Assembly (NCBI GenBank): GCA_977030845.1
Contig: OZ365115.1
Coordinates: 6,696,001 to 6,760,000 of the forward strand
Direction of reading: 5' to 3'
From: Fimbriosthenelais zetlandica
Taxonomy: Eukaryota
Length of the DNA stretch: 64,000 nucleotides
Shown here: piece after piece, positions 47,555 to 60,414 of the stretch
How the letters are laid out: each line of letters begins with the position of its first letter
Position numbering within the stretch: position 1 is the stretch's first letter
Translations under genes and position numbers: made by a program
Notes under the pieces: generated by a model
Database searches by the model: none
What the model saw: the letters and a program-made list of their open reading frames with translations, nothing else
What the model was told of the DNA's origin: nothing

Positions 47555-50500
47555 CACATTTATTCCCTATTCATACCTTTGTGACACCACCTGGAACAAA
47601 AAGGTTATACGTTTCATTTCCTACCCACAAGGGTTTGCAGGAAGTGCAGGTCAAGAAGGGTCAGATACGGTCGCATTGAAGTGGGGACCTCGCTCTCTGT
47701 CTATGTTGTTCATATGAACCAATTATTTATTATAACCTTTTTATCGGTGGAGTTTAAATGGTAGGTCTATGTCTGGGCCCATTATATGTGACTGAGATTG
47801 ATTCTCTCATTCATATCCCTCATTTCCCCCTAGAAACATCGCTATGTCCCCTTCTCTTCCGCTCTCTCCCCATACATCCATGATAAACATGCTACTCGGT
47901 GCACTAGCATGTGATTACATGTTTCTAGCAGCACCAACACAACTACAACTGCCCCAAAACAACACACTGCCTCCTCCTGCTACATCTCTAGTCATAATAT
48001 ATCTAGACACACACCCACACATATACAGAACCCAACCTATCTATATTTATGTGCAACACATCACATAGATTCACATCAGTTCCTCAGAGTGCAAAAGGAC
48101 AACAGTTTTTGTTAGTGTAAAGCACCTCTTCTCTTCTGAGACACCTTTACCAATGATGATATATGTGCACACACGTTAGCACTGGGCGTGTGATCTTCTG
48201 TAGAGAGCGAGAAAGCTTTGGATGGGCCGGTGCCAAAATTATGATATCATCCTTTAACATGTGACTCAACAGGAGTGGAAGAGAGCTATATACTCCAAGT
48301 GCTATAGGTGTAGACCACATACAAACCCACAAAGGGGCCATTCATGTGCTAATATTCACCCAGAGTGGGCATGGAACGCAATGGCATAAATATTAAGGGG
48401 GATTTACTGTTGCAACAAACTCTACAGAGACATTATGGATTGACCGGAATCGGATGCAATCTAACTGAGGTAAATATTTTCTATTATATTTACCATCTTA
48501 AGTTAATTTAAAAAAGAAATTGACTATACATTAAAATGAAATCTGTTGGAAATAACAATACATGGAACAAATATATTATATGGTTGTCAGAACTGAATTG
48601 ACATTTTCCAAGGGTTGTGCAATTCCCTTAATCACAGTGCCAACTCTCATTTCTTTAAACTTCACTTACACATGCACTTACTCGCCTTGGAAATATCAAA
48701 ACTGGATTACAACTCTCAAAGTGTCCCGTCCCTCCAGCCTGCCTTCAGTCCACATCTCCACCCCCAATACTTCCATTTGCACAACCTAGAATCCCACATG
48801 TGCTGGCTCTGTACATTGGACTTTCTGTTAAAAAATAATTTATGGATACTTTAAGGATTATCTAAATGACAGCCTTGTAGGACTTTTCCAAGGTGTTGAA
48901 ATATAAAACAGCCCTCATCTGAAGTTATATAAAGGAACACTTCAGTGTTTTACAGGTTTATATTTATATTTAAGGAATATCGTATTTGACAGGGGCCAGA
49001 TGTTTAGGTGAGGTGTAGGTAGGTGTTTTCTTGAACAGGTGTGTGTATGATACTAACTTGAACTGTTACCTTGAATCTCACTTGTACACTGTCATCACAG
49101 TCAAACACTTGGTACGTCAGTATCCTTCTGATCCCCTCCATGAATTTTTTTGAACTGGCAGTGGTTTTAGGAGAGGAAACAAATGATCCATCTATTTTTC
49201 CTGAATAAAGCCACATAATGATTGTGGAATATTAATGTCCATTTATTTGTTAAAAAAAACAAATATTAAATTCAGGGCATAAAGACAGCAGTTTATATTA
49301 AGTTTATGAATTATTTTACGTCTGGATTTGTAATTGGAGGGTAAGGCCAACGTATCGGCCAAGTCGTCTTTGAGGGAGGAACTACAACAATACTTTTTAA
49401 AATTATGGTTCTAAATGATAGCTAATGAGTCCTGTGAGGAATTGACCTGAGTTAATATAATGCATTACATGCATGGTGTCAGGACCTGGGTCTACCTGTC
49501 TACCAATCCTCCCCCAGGTGTGTTTACCTGGGAGATGCTAAATAGGTAGGCAGCGTTTGACCCGGATCTCTGACCTTGCCTGGCATCTTTACATCTTTTG
49601 ATAGTTAAAATCTGTTGGAAGTCCAACATTTTTGGCCGAGGGATAATTCTTTGGCAGAATCTTTGAGCGCAACTTATATAAAGGCATATAAGATAAGCAT
49701 AAGGAAACCTCATTCCTAAAGAAGATTTGGGTTTAAAAAATTTATGAAAGTCTTGTTTGTGAGTAGGAAACTAGTAGGAACGTTGTCTGGAAGGGTGAGA
49801 GAGATATACTCAAGGAGTCTAGTGTCTTCTCGTGTTACGTTTAGTAGACTGAACACATATGAAAACATTCAGTGGTGGGAAATGTTCTGAAACGAGCGGA
49901 AAGTGTGCTATAATAGTTAACTTATGGTATATTCCTTAACATGAGAGTATAAATATAATTAGGGGGCGACCCGAGGGGTAGGGGCAAATTTATGAAAAAC
50001 AGAAAAATGTCCAACTAAACCTATAAAGACCATGATAAAGGAAATGAAAGGGATGTACGGAAAGTAAACAAAATGTAATAAAGGGAGAAATTAAACGCAG
50101 AGAAGATGGATGTGAAACATCGAATACATTTATAGGTTTTTAAATGTCCTCACTGTGGGTAACATTATACATTAATTAAAGAATTAAAAAGTTTATATTT
50201 CAACCTTGTCATGACATTTGATTGACCCATTTACCCAGACAATAGACCAGGGTACCAGAACATATATATGCATACATAATTTGCACATGTACAGGCCCTC
50301 CCTTACTTCTCTGGCATGGTTTCCACCAAGATCTAGTTCTCTCACTGCTCACTGTGTGGCTACTTGCCAATGCCCTCAGGCACTAACAGACCTATGGGTA
50401 TTAGTGTGAATGAAGGTTTGATCAGTAGTAATCGAGCGGGAAAAGTGGAAGTTGAGCAATGCTTGTTCACTTCTCAAGGTTAAATAGTTGTGGTTTTGTT

Positions 50501-50706
50501 CTTCAATGACATAAGAGCTCCAAGGTTGGGCACACATATTTATTATACATTCTTTTATACACAGATAGACCTACTGAGTTTCTATAGAATGCGGGCCTAG
50601 ACAGCCAACACTAACACTGACACCATGTCCAGGCATATATGAACCCCTAATGTTGATCAATGTGCCAACGTCATTGTCTCACTCAATCATTATAATACAC
50701 ATTGGT

Positions 50707-50928
50707 TCAGGCATTTCCTGTGACGTCATTGTCCTTGACGCCGTGTTTTTCCTGGATGAGAGACAGGAGATATTCTGCACGGCTCGGTCTCAAAGTGGTA
50801 GCGATGAGGTAGAAAAAGATGAGCATCACTACGACGAGACCAATGACGTGTTTCCGCTCGTTAACTAATGACAGCCAGTCCCTGAAACTGGCCCTCTTTG
50901 TGACAGTTTCTTCCAAAGGCAACGTCAT
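50707..50928 (-). CDS. Single-pass membrane microprotein (73 aa)
   Basis: AGAATG start (A at -3), visibly GC-richer than the flanks. One hydrophobic helix VIGLVVVMLIFFYLIAT preceded by basic ERKH. AATAAA ~160 nt after the stop (plus-strand tttatt at 50539-50544). Confidence 0.6.
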   Translation of the reverse strand: MTLPLEETVTKRASFRDWLSLVNERKHVIGLVVVMLIFFYLIATTLRPSRAEYLLSLIQEKHGVKDNDVTGNA

Positions 50929-53565
50929 TCTTTATCTTGTGTTTCTAGTTGGCTTTGTGATGGTTTATGCTGCGGAATATTTGTTTAGTCTCTGTCCTAT
51001 GCTCCGATTGTAGAGTTTTATCTTGATAATGTTCTCCTATCGGGATTATTATATTTAAATCCAATGTATACATTTGACAGTAGGCCTATATTGAACAATA
51101 CTGAGCTCATATAGTTAGGGTCTATCCAAAGTAGGTTATAGGCTATAGCTCTTAAATCCCAAAATATTGGTCCTCATTGCTCTAGCTATGGAGACGAATG
51201 AACTATATAATAATGATGCCCTCATAAATGACACCTGTCCGCACGAATCGTGTCCACCTTTTGTAGAACACGCAATATTGGATAACAAAATTGTCCATAT
51301 GACTGGCCATATGTGAATAATGTTCAGCTGTTTCAGATAGGCTATGCCTATAACCAGGCCTACATGTAAGACTGATTAATGCATTTAGGCCTATTTTCTT
51401 TTTGAATACTAAACTGCAGGAATGTAAAAAAACAGGAGCTTGTGTTTTTATTCTGCAGCTTAGACCATCCTCGGGAGTTGTGGTATCCATGGATACCCAT
51501 GTCTGTGGTATGATACATGCTGTGTTACATCCCTCACATACTGGGGTTGTCATGCCAACTGTCAAGTTGGTGCAATTTACCTCCCTTATTGATGTTCACA
51601 CCGGGTACCTGAGAACACAAATGTGAGTTAGGGAATGCTGAGTATATCTAATTCATTACCCATATGTATTAGGTATAAATTTAAAAGCTAAATACATATA
51701 TACATCTTAGTTCTTTACACTCCCGGGTCATTCAGCATTAATGCTGGGGGTTATTAAAAGATATGGCCATTCACAATATAAAATATATCCCTGGGATGCA
51801 CCCAAAGTAAAGATGAAAGAGTTAAATCACAATTTGGATGTATTTATATTGTACTTTAATTATAATGCTGGCTTGCTTGAACCCATTTCACAATTGCTCT
51901 TCCCCATATAACATTAAGCGCTTTATTAGCAAACCTGAACAAAAAGCTGTACTTCACTAGGCGATAACTAATGGATCTTTTGAGGCACGTGCCCCAGGCC
52001 TTGGAACGTTAATTACAACATGGAGATTGAGCTCAGAGGGGAGTTATATTCTTTGTCCCTGAGGCCCTAATTCAAATCTGTCACACGCTTAACCACGTTA
52101 TGTGATGTGGTTTGCACCTTTCCGAAATTTTTCTTTGAGTACACTTAGGTTGAAAGGCCAATCTTTTTGCAATATGCCACTGTGGGGGTCCATATTTCAA
52201 ACTTATGATAAGCTACCTATTTTAATATATTATTATTGTCTCGAACAGTTTCAGTCAACGATCAGGAAGCAAGTCCACATTACTTTTATCCGCTCTTGCA
52301 TACCTCTCTAGTCTCTGGGCTGGTGATACCTCTTGATTTCCAAGGAATTTATCACTGAGTGAATACATGAGTACACCCCATGGTTCATATTTAGTATATG
52401 AAAAGATCTAGCATGGATCATCCATGGATGAGATCCTTGAGATATATTTTAAATTTCCATCTACATCTAGTAAATTTGCTTAACCTCATTCATTTGAACT
52501 TACAAGATTCGTGGTGGTTCAGGGAAGTGTGACATTGCTAGTAACAGTGAGCATATTTGCACCCACTATTCCAGACAACTGGTTGGGTAATGTTGATACA
52601 AAACTATTGCAGTTGGAGCATTCATATGATGCGTGTGAAGTACAAATAGAATGTCAGAGCAAGCTTCTGCTACATTAAGTGAAGTTTATGTTAGACATGG
52701 GTTGGTGGTTCTAACGCTATATACAAAGACAAATATTATTTCATACACTTAACCTATAATAGTAATATTCCTTCTCAATTTGCCGAGTACATAGAAAGAA
52801 AACCTCATATCGTGTTTCAAATTTAAACATCAGTCTTGTTCTTTGAATGAGATGTGATTTCTTGGTAAGAAAGAGAATTGTATTTAATTATATAAGTTAA
52901 AAAAAAAGACTAAGCAAAGTATTAGAACCATATGCTTATTTCTAAGCCAGGCCCCATATAGAAATGAGCCTGTATTAGCGGTGATTTCTTGGTAAAATCA
53001 GCAATAGTATGTATACTTAAGGGGACATGTATACAACCACGTCCTTTGTTCCCAGTATTCCCCCACATCACACATCATCACTATGGTAATGTTGGTAAAC
53101 CACAAAAACACAGCTGCTCACATCACAATCTCCAGGCAACCTGCCAAAACCAACTTAATTCAGACCTTGAATTGTGTTATCACACTTTTTGTGTCTCTAT
53201 TATGTATTGTGGTGTTGCCAACTGTGCCTTAAAGGCTTAATCATCATGGGGTCAACTGGTATGAAGATAGAACATTTTTACATTGGAGGTTCATTGCGTC
53301 ACTGGAATTCTCAGAAAAGTAGGACGGTGTCATTCATTTATTTATTAAACGGATAGGTATACCATTATGGGGACACCTATAGTCTTCACCCTATCTTATA
53401 CCAAAGGTATAATGGTCTTGTGACAGGCTAGATACTTTCTGTCTGTGGGACAAGGCTATTGGGCTAGCTGCTATAGCAAATCTTTACCTAGGGAACCTTC
53501 TGAACCTTCTTACATGTTACATTTCCATGTTGGAGGAAATCTGCTTAGATCAGGGAGTTCACCTG

Positions 53566-53593
53566 TCAAGGTCAGAGGTCACCTTCAAGGTGA
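53566..53593 (+). promoter_or_regulatory. Nuclear-receptor response element cluster (perfect DR1 overlapping an extended TCAAGGTCA half-site)
   Basis: TCAAGGTCA-G-AGGTCA-CCT-TCAAGGTGA, with another half-site AGTTCA at ~53556. Confidence 0.4.
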
Positions 53594-54263
53594 CAGATCT
53601 CGCCCCAGGCATTTCATGGCGTAATTACGAGGCTACAGGTGGCTCTCTATACTTCCTGGGGTGAAGCAGAACCCTTGTCTCAATGTCTGGTCTCAAATTC
53701 GGAGGTGATGACCAGGATGGAATGTGTTAATTAATATTCACTGGTCCTTAACATCTGTAGCGAGTAGATTATGCTTACAATGTGAAAGGCACTGTCAATA
53801 AATATTCTCAATTTCTCTTCTGTATTAACTTCAAGGCCTTGGCTATCTCAAGGTTCAGCTAAGAATTGACATTGATGTGAGGCGTTCTCCAGAGGCATTC
53901 TGCAACCTGGTAAAGATAGAATGGGAAGGGTTATAGTACTCTGGAGGGGAAATGGATCTGTTTCGTGTTTCGAAACATTTTCAACCCATCAGCAGCCTCC
54001 ATATGCTTCCAACAATTTGCACTTAGCAATTGGCTGTAAACGACCATGGCAGGTTAAACTGTTCTTCTTTGGAACTAAGTTTTAGTAGATATATGACAAA
54101 TTTTACACTGAAACTTGGCCAGGTTTCAACCGTTTTATTTGGGCCTGGAGCCGCTAAGCTGCATTTGAATTGGCCAAAGCATTTAGCAAAGGGCAAAAGT
54201 TTGGGTAAAAATGTGGAGTGATATAGAACAGATTCAAATGAGGATAAAAATCTTGATTTCTGA

Positions 54264-54308
54264 TGACTCATCGCCTGAGTCAGCTGCTTTGGACTATGGG
54301 TCACGTGG
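54264..54308. promoter_or_regulatory. Paired AP-1 sites plus E-box
   Basis: TGACTCA-TCGCC-TGAGTCA (54264-54282) and GTCACGTGG (54300-54308). Confidence 0.35.
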
Positions 54309-57300
54309 CATCAGGGGTGAAGGCCAATGAGATAGAGGTCTTTTAAGCTATTTAAGTCAAAGTTTATATCCTTGAAATAACCTATATCGTAAATGCGCAT
54401 CGATAAGGTTTAGGTCTCTGAGCACATGAGACTGTTGAGATCATTGCTTGGATATATTTGATCAAAAAACCTGTATATAGAATTTAATTTAATCTGAGGT
54501 TGTCAACTTTTTAAACCTTATACACCACAGCAATGGAGAGGCACGGTAATTTAGAAACCTCGATTATAGGAAAATACATGTACCTCTGAATGCATGCCTC
54601 CGTCGAAGCTTTCTTGACACGAACCTTTTATGTATGTCAGTGTGAGCCACACCTACATAGACTGGGAGGCATATTTTCCTCCAGGTTCACAGGTGAGGGT
54701 ACAGTATGTGTCTTAATACATCCACAAACAAACATACAAGGCTTACAAATAAACTCTCTCTGATCATAGAAAGCCTCTAGAAATACACACCTTCAGAATG
54801 ATGTTGGCATAGCTTTTCTCGGGGCACTCCAAACGTCAGGGTCGGGGATCGCACCTGTTCAGCCCTATTACCAACTTTTAGTATCATGGTAGGCTTTTAA
54901 GACAAATTGCTAAGAGGATAATGATGGTACCTAACGATGTCAATTGAAATTCCCGTCAATCTGTATCAAGGGATTTTCTTAAGATTTTGTTTTCGTTCAG
55001 CGCTGGGAATCCTGGGTTCTGTCGGTGGGGGATATGATGGGAAGACAAACAGGCACTCTATAGTCCCCAGAGGTCTGATTCATGGGTTCCGTTCAGGGGA
55101 CCTCCTACACTGTGGTAGGAAAAACATTATTTGATATAGATATTGATAAGATCATAACACTAACAATGTAAATCTATCTCCGGGGGCGCAGAACCACTAA
55201 GTCAGGAATAGCTATAAGAAAACAGACCTTTATAATTGAATACTACAGTCGGGATGGTTCGATTCTTCTTTCAGAAATCCTATTGAAACATATCTTCATA
55301 GCCAAAAGTGTGATCCCAAGTTCTGTTCTCATTTATTATAATGAAATCTTTCTTAAAAATATTATTAGGGTACATTTTACTAATCTTTAAATATGTTCTT
55401 AAGAGGAAGGCTCAGATTGTTTTGGTAAATACGTTGTATCACCATCTAACCTTAATCTTGTATTGTTTATGAAGCTATTATGAGATATGAGCCTGATGTA
55501 TGACATAATTATAAATAACTTACATATAAATAACATATATACCTCCGGTTGAAGACAGAACCGTATAGATGTTCTTGTGGTTGGTATTTGGGACCACCTC
55601 GGTAAGATAGGCAGGGGGTTCACCTATCTATGTAGGCGTAGGATTCCATCAAGCTTTCTTTTTTCACTTCCCCTTTCTTTTTCTTCCTCTTTTCCCCGCA
55701 TCTTTGCCCTCTCATGCGGTAACCTGAACTTACTTACATATACATCCATCAGATTAGGCCTTACAGAATAATATTGTGCTTCTCTTTAAAGGAGAAAAAT
55801 GGTGCATGGAGATACATAGCTTTAATCAGTTTTTAAACAGTGGATCTATTACCCAAATATAAGCAGTATCCAATTAGCACATGCAAATCTTAATTACCTA
55901 TATACTACCAATTTATTGCATTTATGTTGATATTTTCTCGCCTAAGTGACCTTTTTCTTGCTTGTAAAATTATGAAGCAGTACATCCTTATGAATAATAC
56001 TCCCGCGGGGTAAAGGATATACCTATGCCATACATCGTTTCTTCGGACTTTAAGGAGGGTTGAGGTGCATGGAAACGGTGATTGATGGTCAATCAGGTGG
56101 GGGGAGGTAGGAAAAGTCTGGGGCTCATTTTCAGGCTGCGTATGTTAAAGCAATGTTTGAGAGACCTGTGGAATCCTAGGTTAATACGTTACACAGAAGT
56201 TACAGTGAAAACCACGGTGAAGTGTGATGCAAGTGTAATAGGATCACAATAACATCGATGGCTTTTCGACGAAAAAAGAAAAAAGAAATACTGAGTGAGA
56301 CATATTGTGCCTTCCCCCTGAATGAGAAAAAGTGGAAACATTTTTTCTCGCAGAAAGTGCATTTATATACATGATATAATAAATCATCTTTGTAAATTAG
56401 ATATGACAATTTATGCATGTGAACCACAGTGTGATTCAAAGTGCAATTTCCTGCCTATGACAGTCTATTAATGTGTGCTGTTTTAAATGTCAGGCTTATG
56501 TAGATAGACCTACTGCATGTTCCCCTGCCAACTGTAGTTGAAATATGTACACAGCCTGGCTATGGGTTGGGGTGGCATACATGTCAGATTCACTTTATGA
56601 TAGGTGATTTCTATCTGGTATATATAGTAATTGGTACAAATGTCAAATTTCCTTCAACTTGCTCCTTGGAGAAGTCTGTATAACCCACCAACACAGCAAA
56701 CTCACGACTCCAACAATGGCATTAGAGCCCAAAGGTCAGACTACTGCCTTCTTACAGATCTAAATTCTTCACATGTGTTTTACATATAGGCTGGCAAATG
56801 AAATAGACAGGAGGAAGAGCCCATCTGCTGCCTAAGGTGACTTTTACCCTGCATTAAGGTGGAGATGCACAATGTGATATTTCCAAAGTCACTAAAACTA
56901 CGATTGTAAAAAGTGCACTGACGGTTTTAGGAGATGGAATAGACCTATAGAACGTGAATTGTTATATGAATTTTGTGTTTCGTATTGAATCAATTTAGAT
57001 AAACTTTGCCGATCGAAAAGTATAGGCCTGGGAAGCGTACGAAATGACCAAGGATGGAAGACAGGTTTAAACAAAATGCAACAAAATATTAAGATGATCA
57101 TTACATGATAGTGCTAGATTGTACTGAGGGAAACCTGTACGCATTGTGGTTTTACATTGAACTTTAAACGCTCCTGACACGCACGTGGGTAACCATCCTT
57201 AAAGGTTGAGTGGATAAAATTAAGACAGGGTGAGAAGAAAACAAACACATCTCCTCCAATCGGACTTCATTTTGACCTTTAAGTGGGATTATCTGAAGGT

Positions 57301-58450
57301 CAATTCAAGTTCAGGTACTATCTATAGTCCATGTGCCCTAAAGTTGTCAAATGTGTTCATCCGATTACCATTCCCTTGCATTCCATAATTATGCATTATT
57401 TTTTTGAGTTCATAAAGATGTTATAACAATGCACCAAGCAGTCACAACTCTATTTCGTGCAGTGCAGCACATGCCGCCGCATATAACCGTGTCTAAATTT
57501 GCTATGCATTGCATGTCAAGATAGAAATTTATGACCTGTTCACATCAGATACACACTGTAGTAGACCCTATGAAAAGATGAAGAGAAGGGGTGCTGAAAA
57601 AATGACAGCCATCTGGTAAAATAATGGGAGGATAATTTCAGGAGGGACAGGTGTAATAAGCAATCTGGTGCAACATAGATGATGGATTGTGAGGGATATG
57701 TGGACAAGACAAGAAACACAAGTCATACATACACCCAGATAGCATTAAGACAACAGTGGCGTAAAAACCAGACAGGAGTTCATAATTTGTAAGAAAAACA
57801 GTTTTGGGTGTCCATCAGTTTGAAGTGAAGCAGAACGAGTGAGGCTCAGGGTGGAGATGAAGGAAAGGAAAAGTGACAGCTCGAAGGCTCTCTCATACAG
57901 TAAAACCTATGTTATCTCACATCAATATTATTAACAAAATGAAAATGAATGCAAAATGGCAAATAAGATGACATAATAAAAATAACACCTATCTTAATAT
58001 TATAGGTCATAAGCCAGTTCTTAGGGAATTTTAGCACTGGTTAGCACTCTTGTCAATGGCTACACTAATTGTATAGGACAGGAGCATTGCCATTTGGTTC
58101 AGCTGTGAGAGGCACTTCTTCAGGACGTCATAACTTTACGCAAAAGCCGTGTGATCACGTTGCAAGAAGAAAGGCTGAGACTATTGCAGTGATCCCTGAG
58201 GTGGACGTGTTTCTTGCCAATTTATAGCACATACTACTTTGAAGTGTTTTCCTCAGGGGGTTTCGTCGTTGCATGTCGCAATGCATCTGTATTGTGGGAT
58301 ACACTGGTCGGGCTGAAGGATCCTGAAGGTCACATCAACTGTGCTTAGCTTAGCCAGGAGCTGTTTGCTATATCTGTTTAGGAACCTTTTTTAGCTGATT
58401 CAATCTGTCTTAACCACTACACTTCCAACATCTAAACTTACACTAAGGTC

Positions 58451-58849
58451 CACTTCCGGTGGAGGCAGCTAGTGATGATTGAAATGACTGCACATGGCAT
58501 GGAGTTCAACTTTTTCCTGCTAAAACCATTTTCCCTTAATTTTGGTGTACTTTTACTCTTAAAAATCACATCTTTATCGGGTTCTGCTGAATCTCAAGCC
58601 TCTCGATCTGTCTTGTTTTGACATGGGAAAACTTAGTGTTCAACGCATTAGGGGTAATGTCTTGGAATCATCACCGAGTCTTTTAGTCTTTTATTGGGAA
58701 TGATTGCTCAATTCCTATGCATGCACATTCGGCTCTATAGCGGGGTCTCCCAGCTCTCTCCGCAGACCCCATCTTTCCATTGTGATAATTGACCAATCAG
58801 CACTTAGTTCTGTACAAAATGGCCGCCCTGATGGTTGCCACCTGGCAAA
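58451..58849. promoter_or_regulatory. Promoter-like motif cluster upstream of the Ras-like gene
   Basis: ETS CACTTCCGGT at 58451, CCAAT at 58793, YY1-like AAAATGGCCGCC at 58816, X-box-like GTTGCCACCTGGCAAA at 58834. Confidence 0.4.
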
Positions 58850-60414
58850 TCCAGACAGAGCAATATGTACAACCAGACGCTGGAACTAAAATACATTTTG
58901 CGGTAACGCCTCTAGAGATTCCATAATAAATAATCCCATCTTCCCTCCATCCTCATTCCCATCTCTATTACATGTATAACAATATCAATTAAATTTTAAA
59001 AAAAATGAAAAAGCTTGGCAGTGGCAAATTTCAGCCTTAGTCTGGAACCAAAAAACCACGGAAGACTTTTATTTGTTGGCGCTCCTTGTCAGTGTAAAGA
59101 TGCTATAGGATTGAAAGGAACAAATGGGGAACGACCAGTCAGAAAGAAACGCTATCAAAAACCTAGTGTCAACTGCAGGTGATTGATACCTACATCACCT
59201 ATAATTGAGTGGTCATGGTAACTGATATTTAGTTGGCCACTCTTTACATAGACGACGTTTACAAGCAATAAACGTGGTAATTAAGCTTGTCTCTCACAGT
59301 GTAAGCCAAGCGAATAATAAGCTGAGTCATATGAGAGATGACGTCACAAAAAGAACCACTTAAAGTGTCACCTCAACAGGTGGCAGAAGCACAAGCTTCA
59401 TAAACCTAAAAGTAAGGATGAAATTGTCAGGAGTTCTTAAATGCCAAAGCCACAAGAGCCAGCTTACCTTACTGAGTTTGCTTAACGTTGATCTTTCGCA
59501 TATAAATTCATGACCTTTAAGAATTATGGAATATCATGAACACGGATAATATATCTATGGGTTAAACTCAGAGAGGTTCAAGATCTCGCGTTGGTCACCG
59601 ATCATGAGTGGCTCAAATACTACACCCTGCATTAGGTTCAAATTCAGAGTTAATATACCAAGCATTCATTTCCTTCAACAAGTTACTGATGTTTCTAACC
59701 TCTTTGTACTTTCAGGGGACGGAGTAAAACACCTATTTGTCCCTCAACACTTCCTCTCCATCCTGTGTTCTGATCTATCCCCTACGAGATACGACGAGAT
59801 TACGAGAGACAACGCGAGATAAGCCCCTCACGGAGGCAGCCATGTTGGGAGAAATCTTTTAACATACTGACTGTATGTTTTCCACTTGAGGAAGGGATCC
59901 TTCGACACGTTAAATCAAAACAATCCTTTCGCCTACATCCTGATGATATTTACAAAATAATAGAACTATAATTCATAGTATTGTTAGGACAAGATTGATC
60001 GTCGAAACTCTCATTGCCTAAGGAAATAGTGCTTTGGATGATGCAGTTTGATAGCCGCCAAAATACTGCCTGAATATTTGAGATAAAATATCTTAATGAA
60101 ATTCAACGTGGGGTGAACCCATTTAGATCACCAAACGGATATGCAGACAATAGAATGGTAAGAGAAAATACCATTTTCTCAAGACCCCAAAAACTAGAGT
60201 TAAGAAAATACAGAGCTCTAGTTTTAAAGTGGATTTCATTGCGATAAGCCTCAGTGTCATGTTGACGAAGATGTCCAAGTCACTGAAGACATCAGCAATT
60301 TAAAAGCAATGTGATTGTTCAGACTTCAACATTAGATGTTTCAAATTGTGTACCCACCTCGCCAGATCTTGTGTGGGCGTGGCCTCACACGCTAGTGGGT
60401 GGGGCATTAGTGAC

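Noticed and set aside
49004-49216. 70-aa minus-strand ORF and other 60-90-aa ORFs at 45-60 kb
   Set aside because: No domain, signal or consistent exon chain; such lengths are expected by chance, and many use TTG/GTG starts that are irrelevant in a eukaryote.
59478-59495. TTGCTTAA..CGTTGATCTT resembling a pistol ribozyme
   Set aside because: The central pseudoknot segment and P1 stem are absent; chance similarity.
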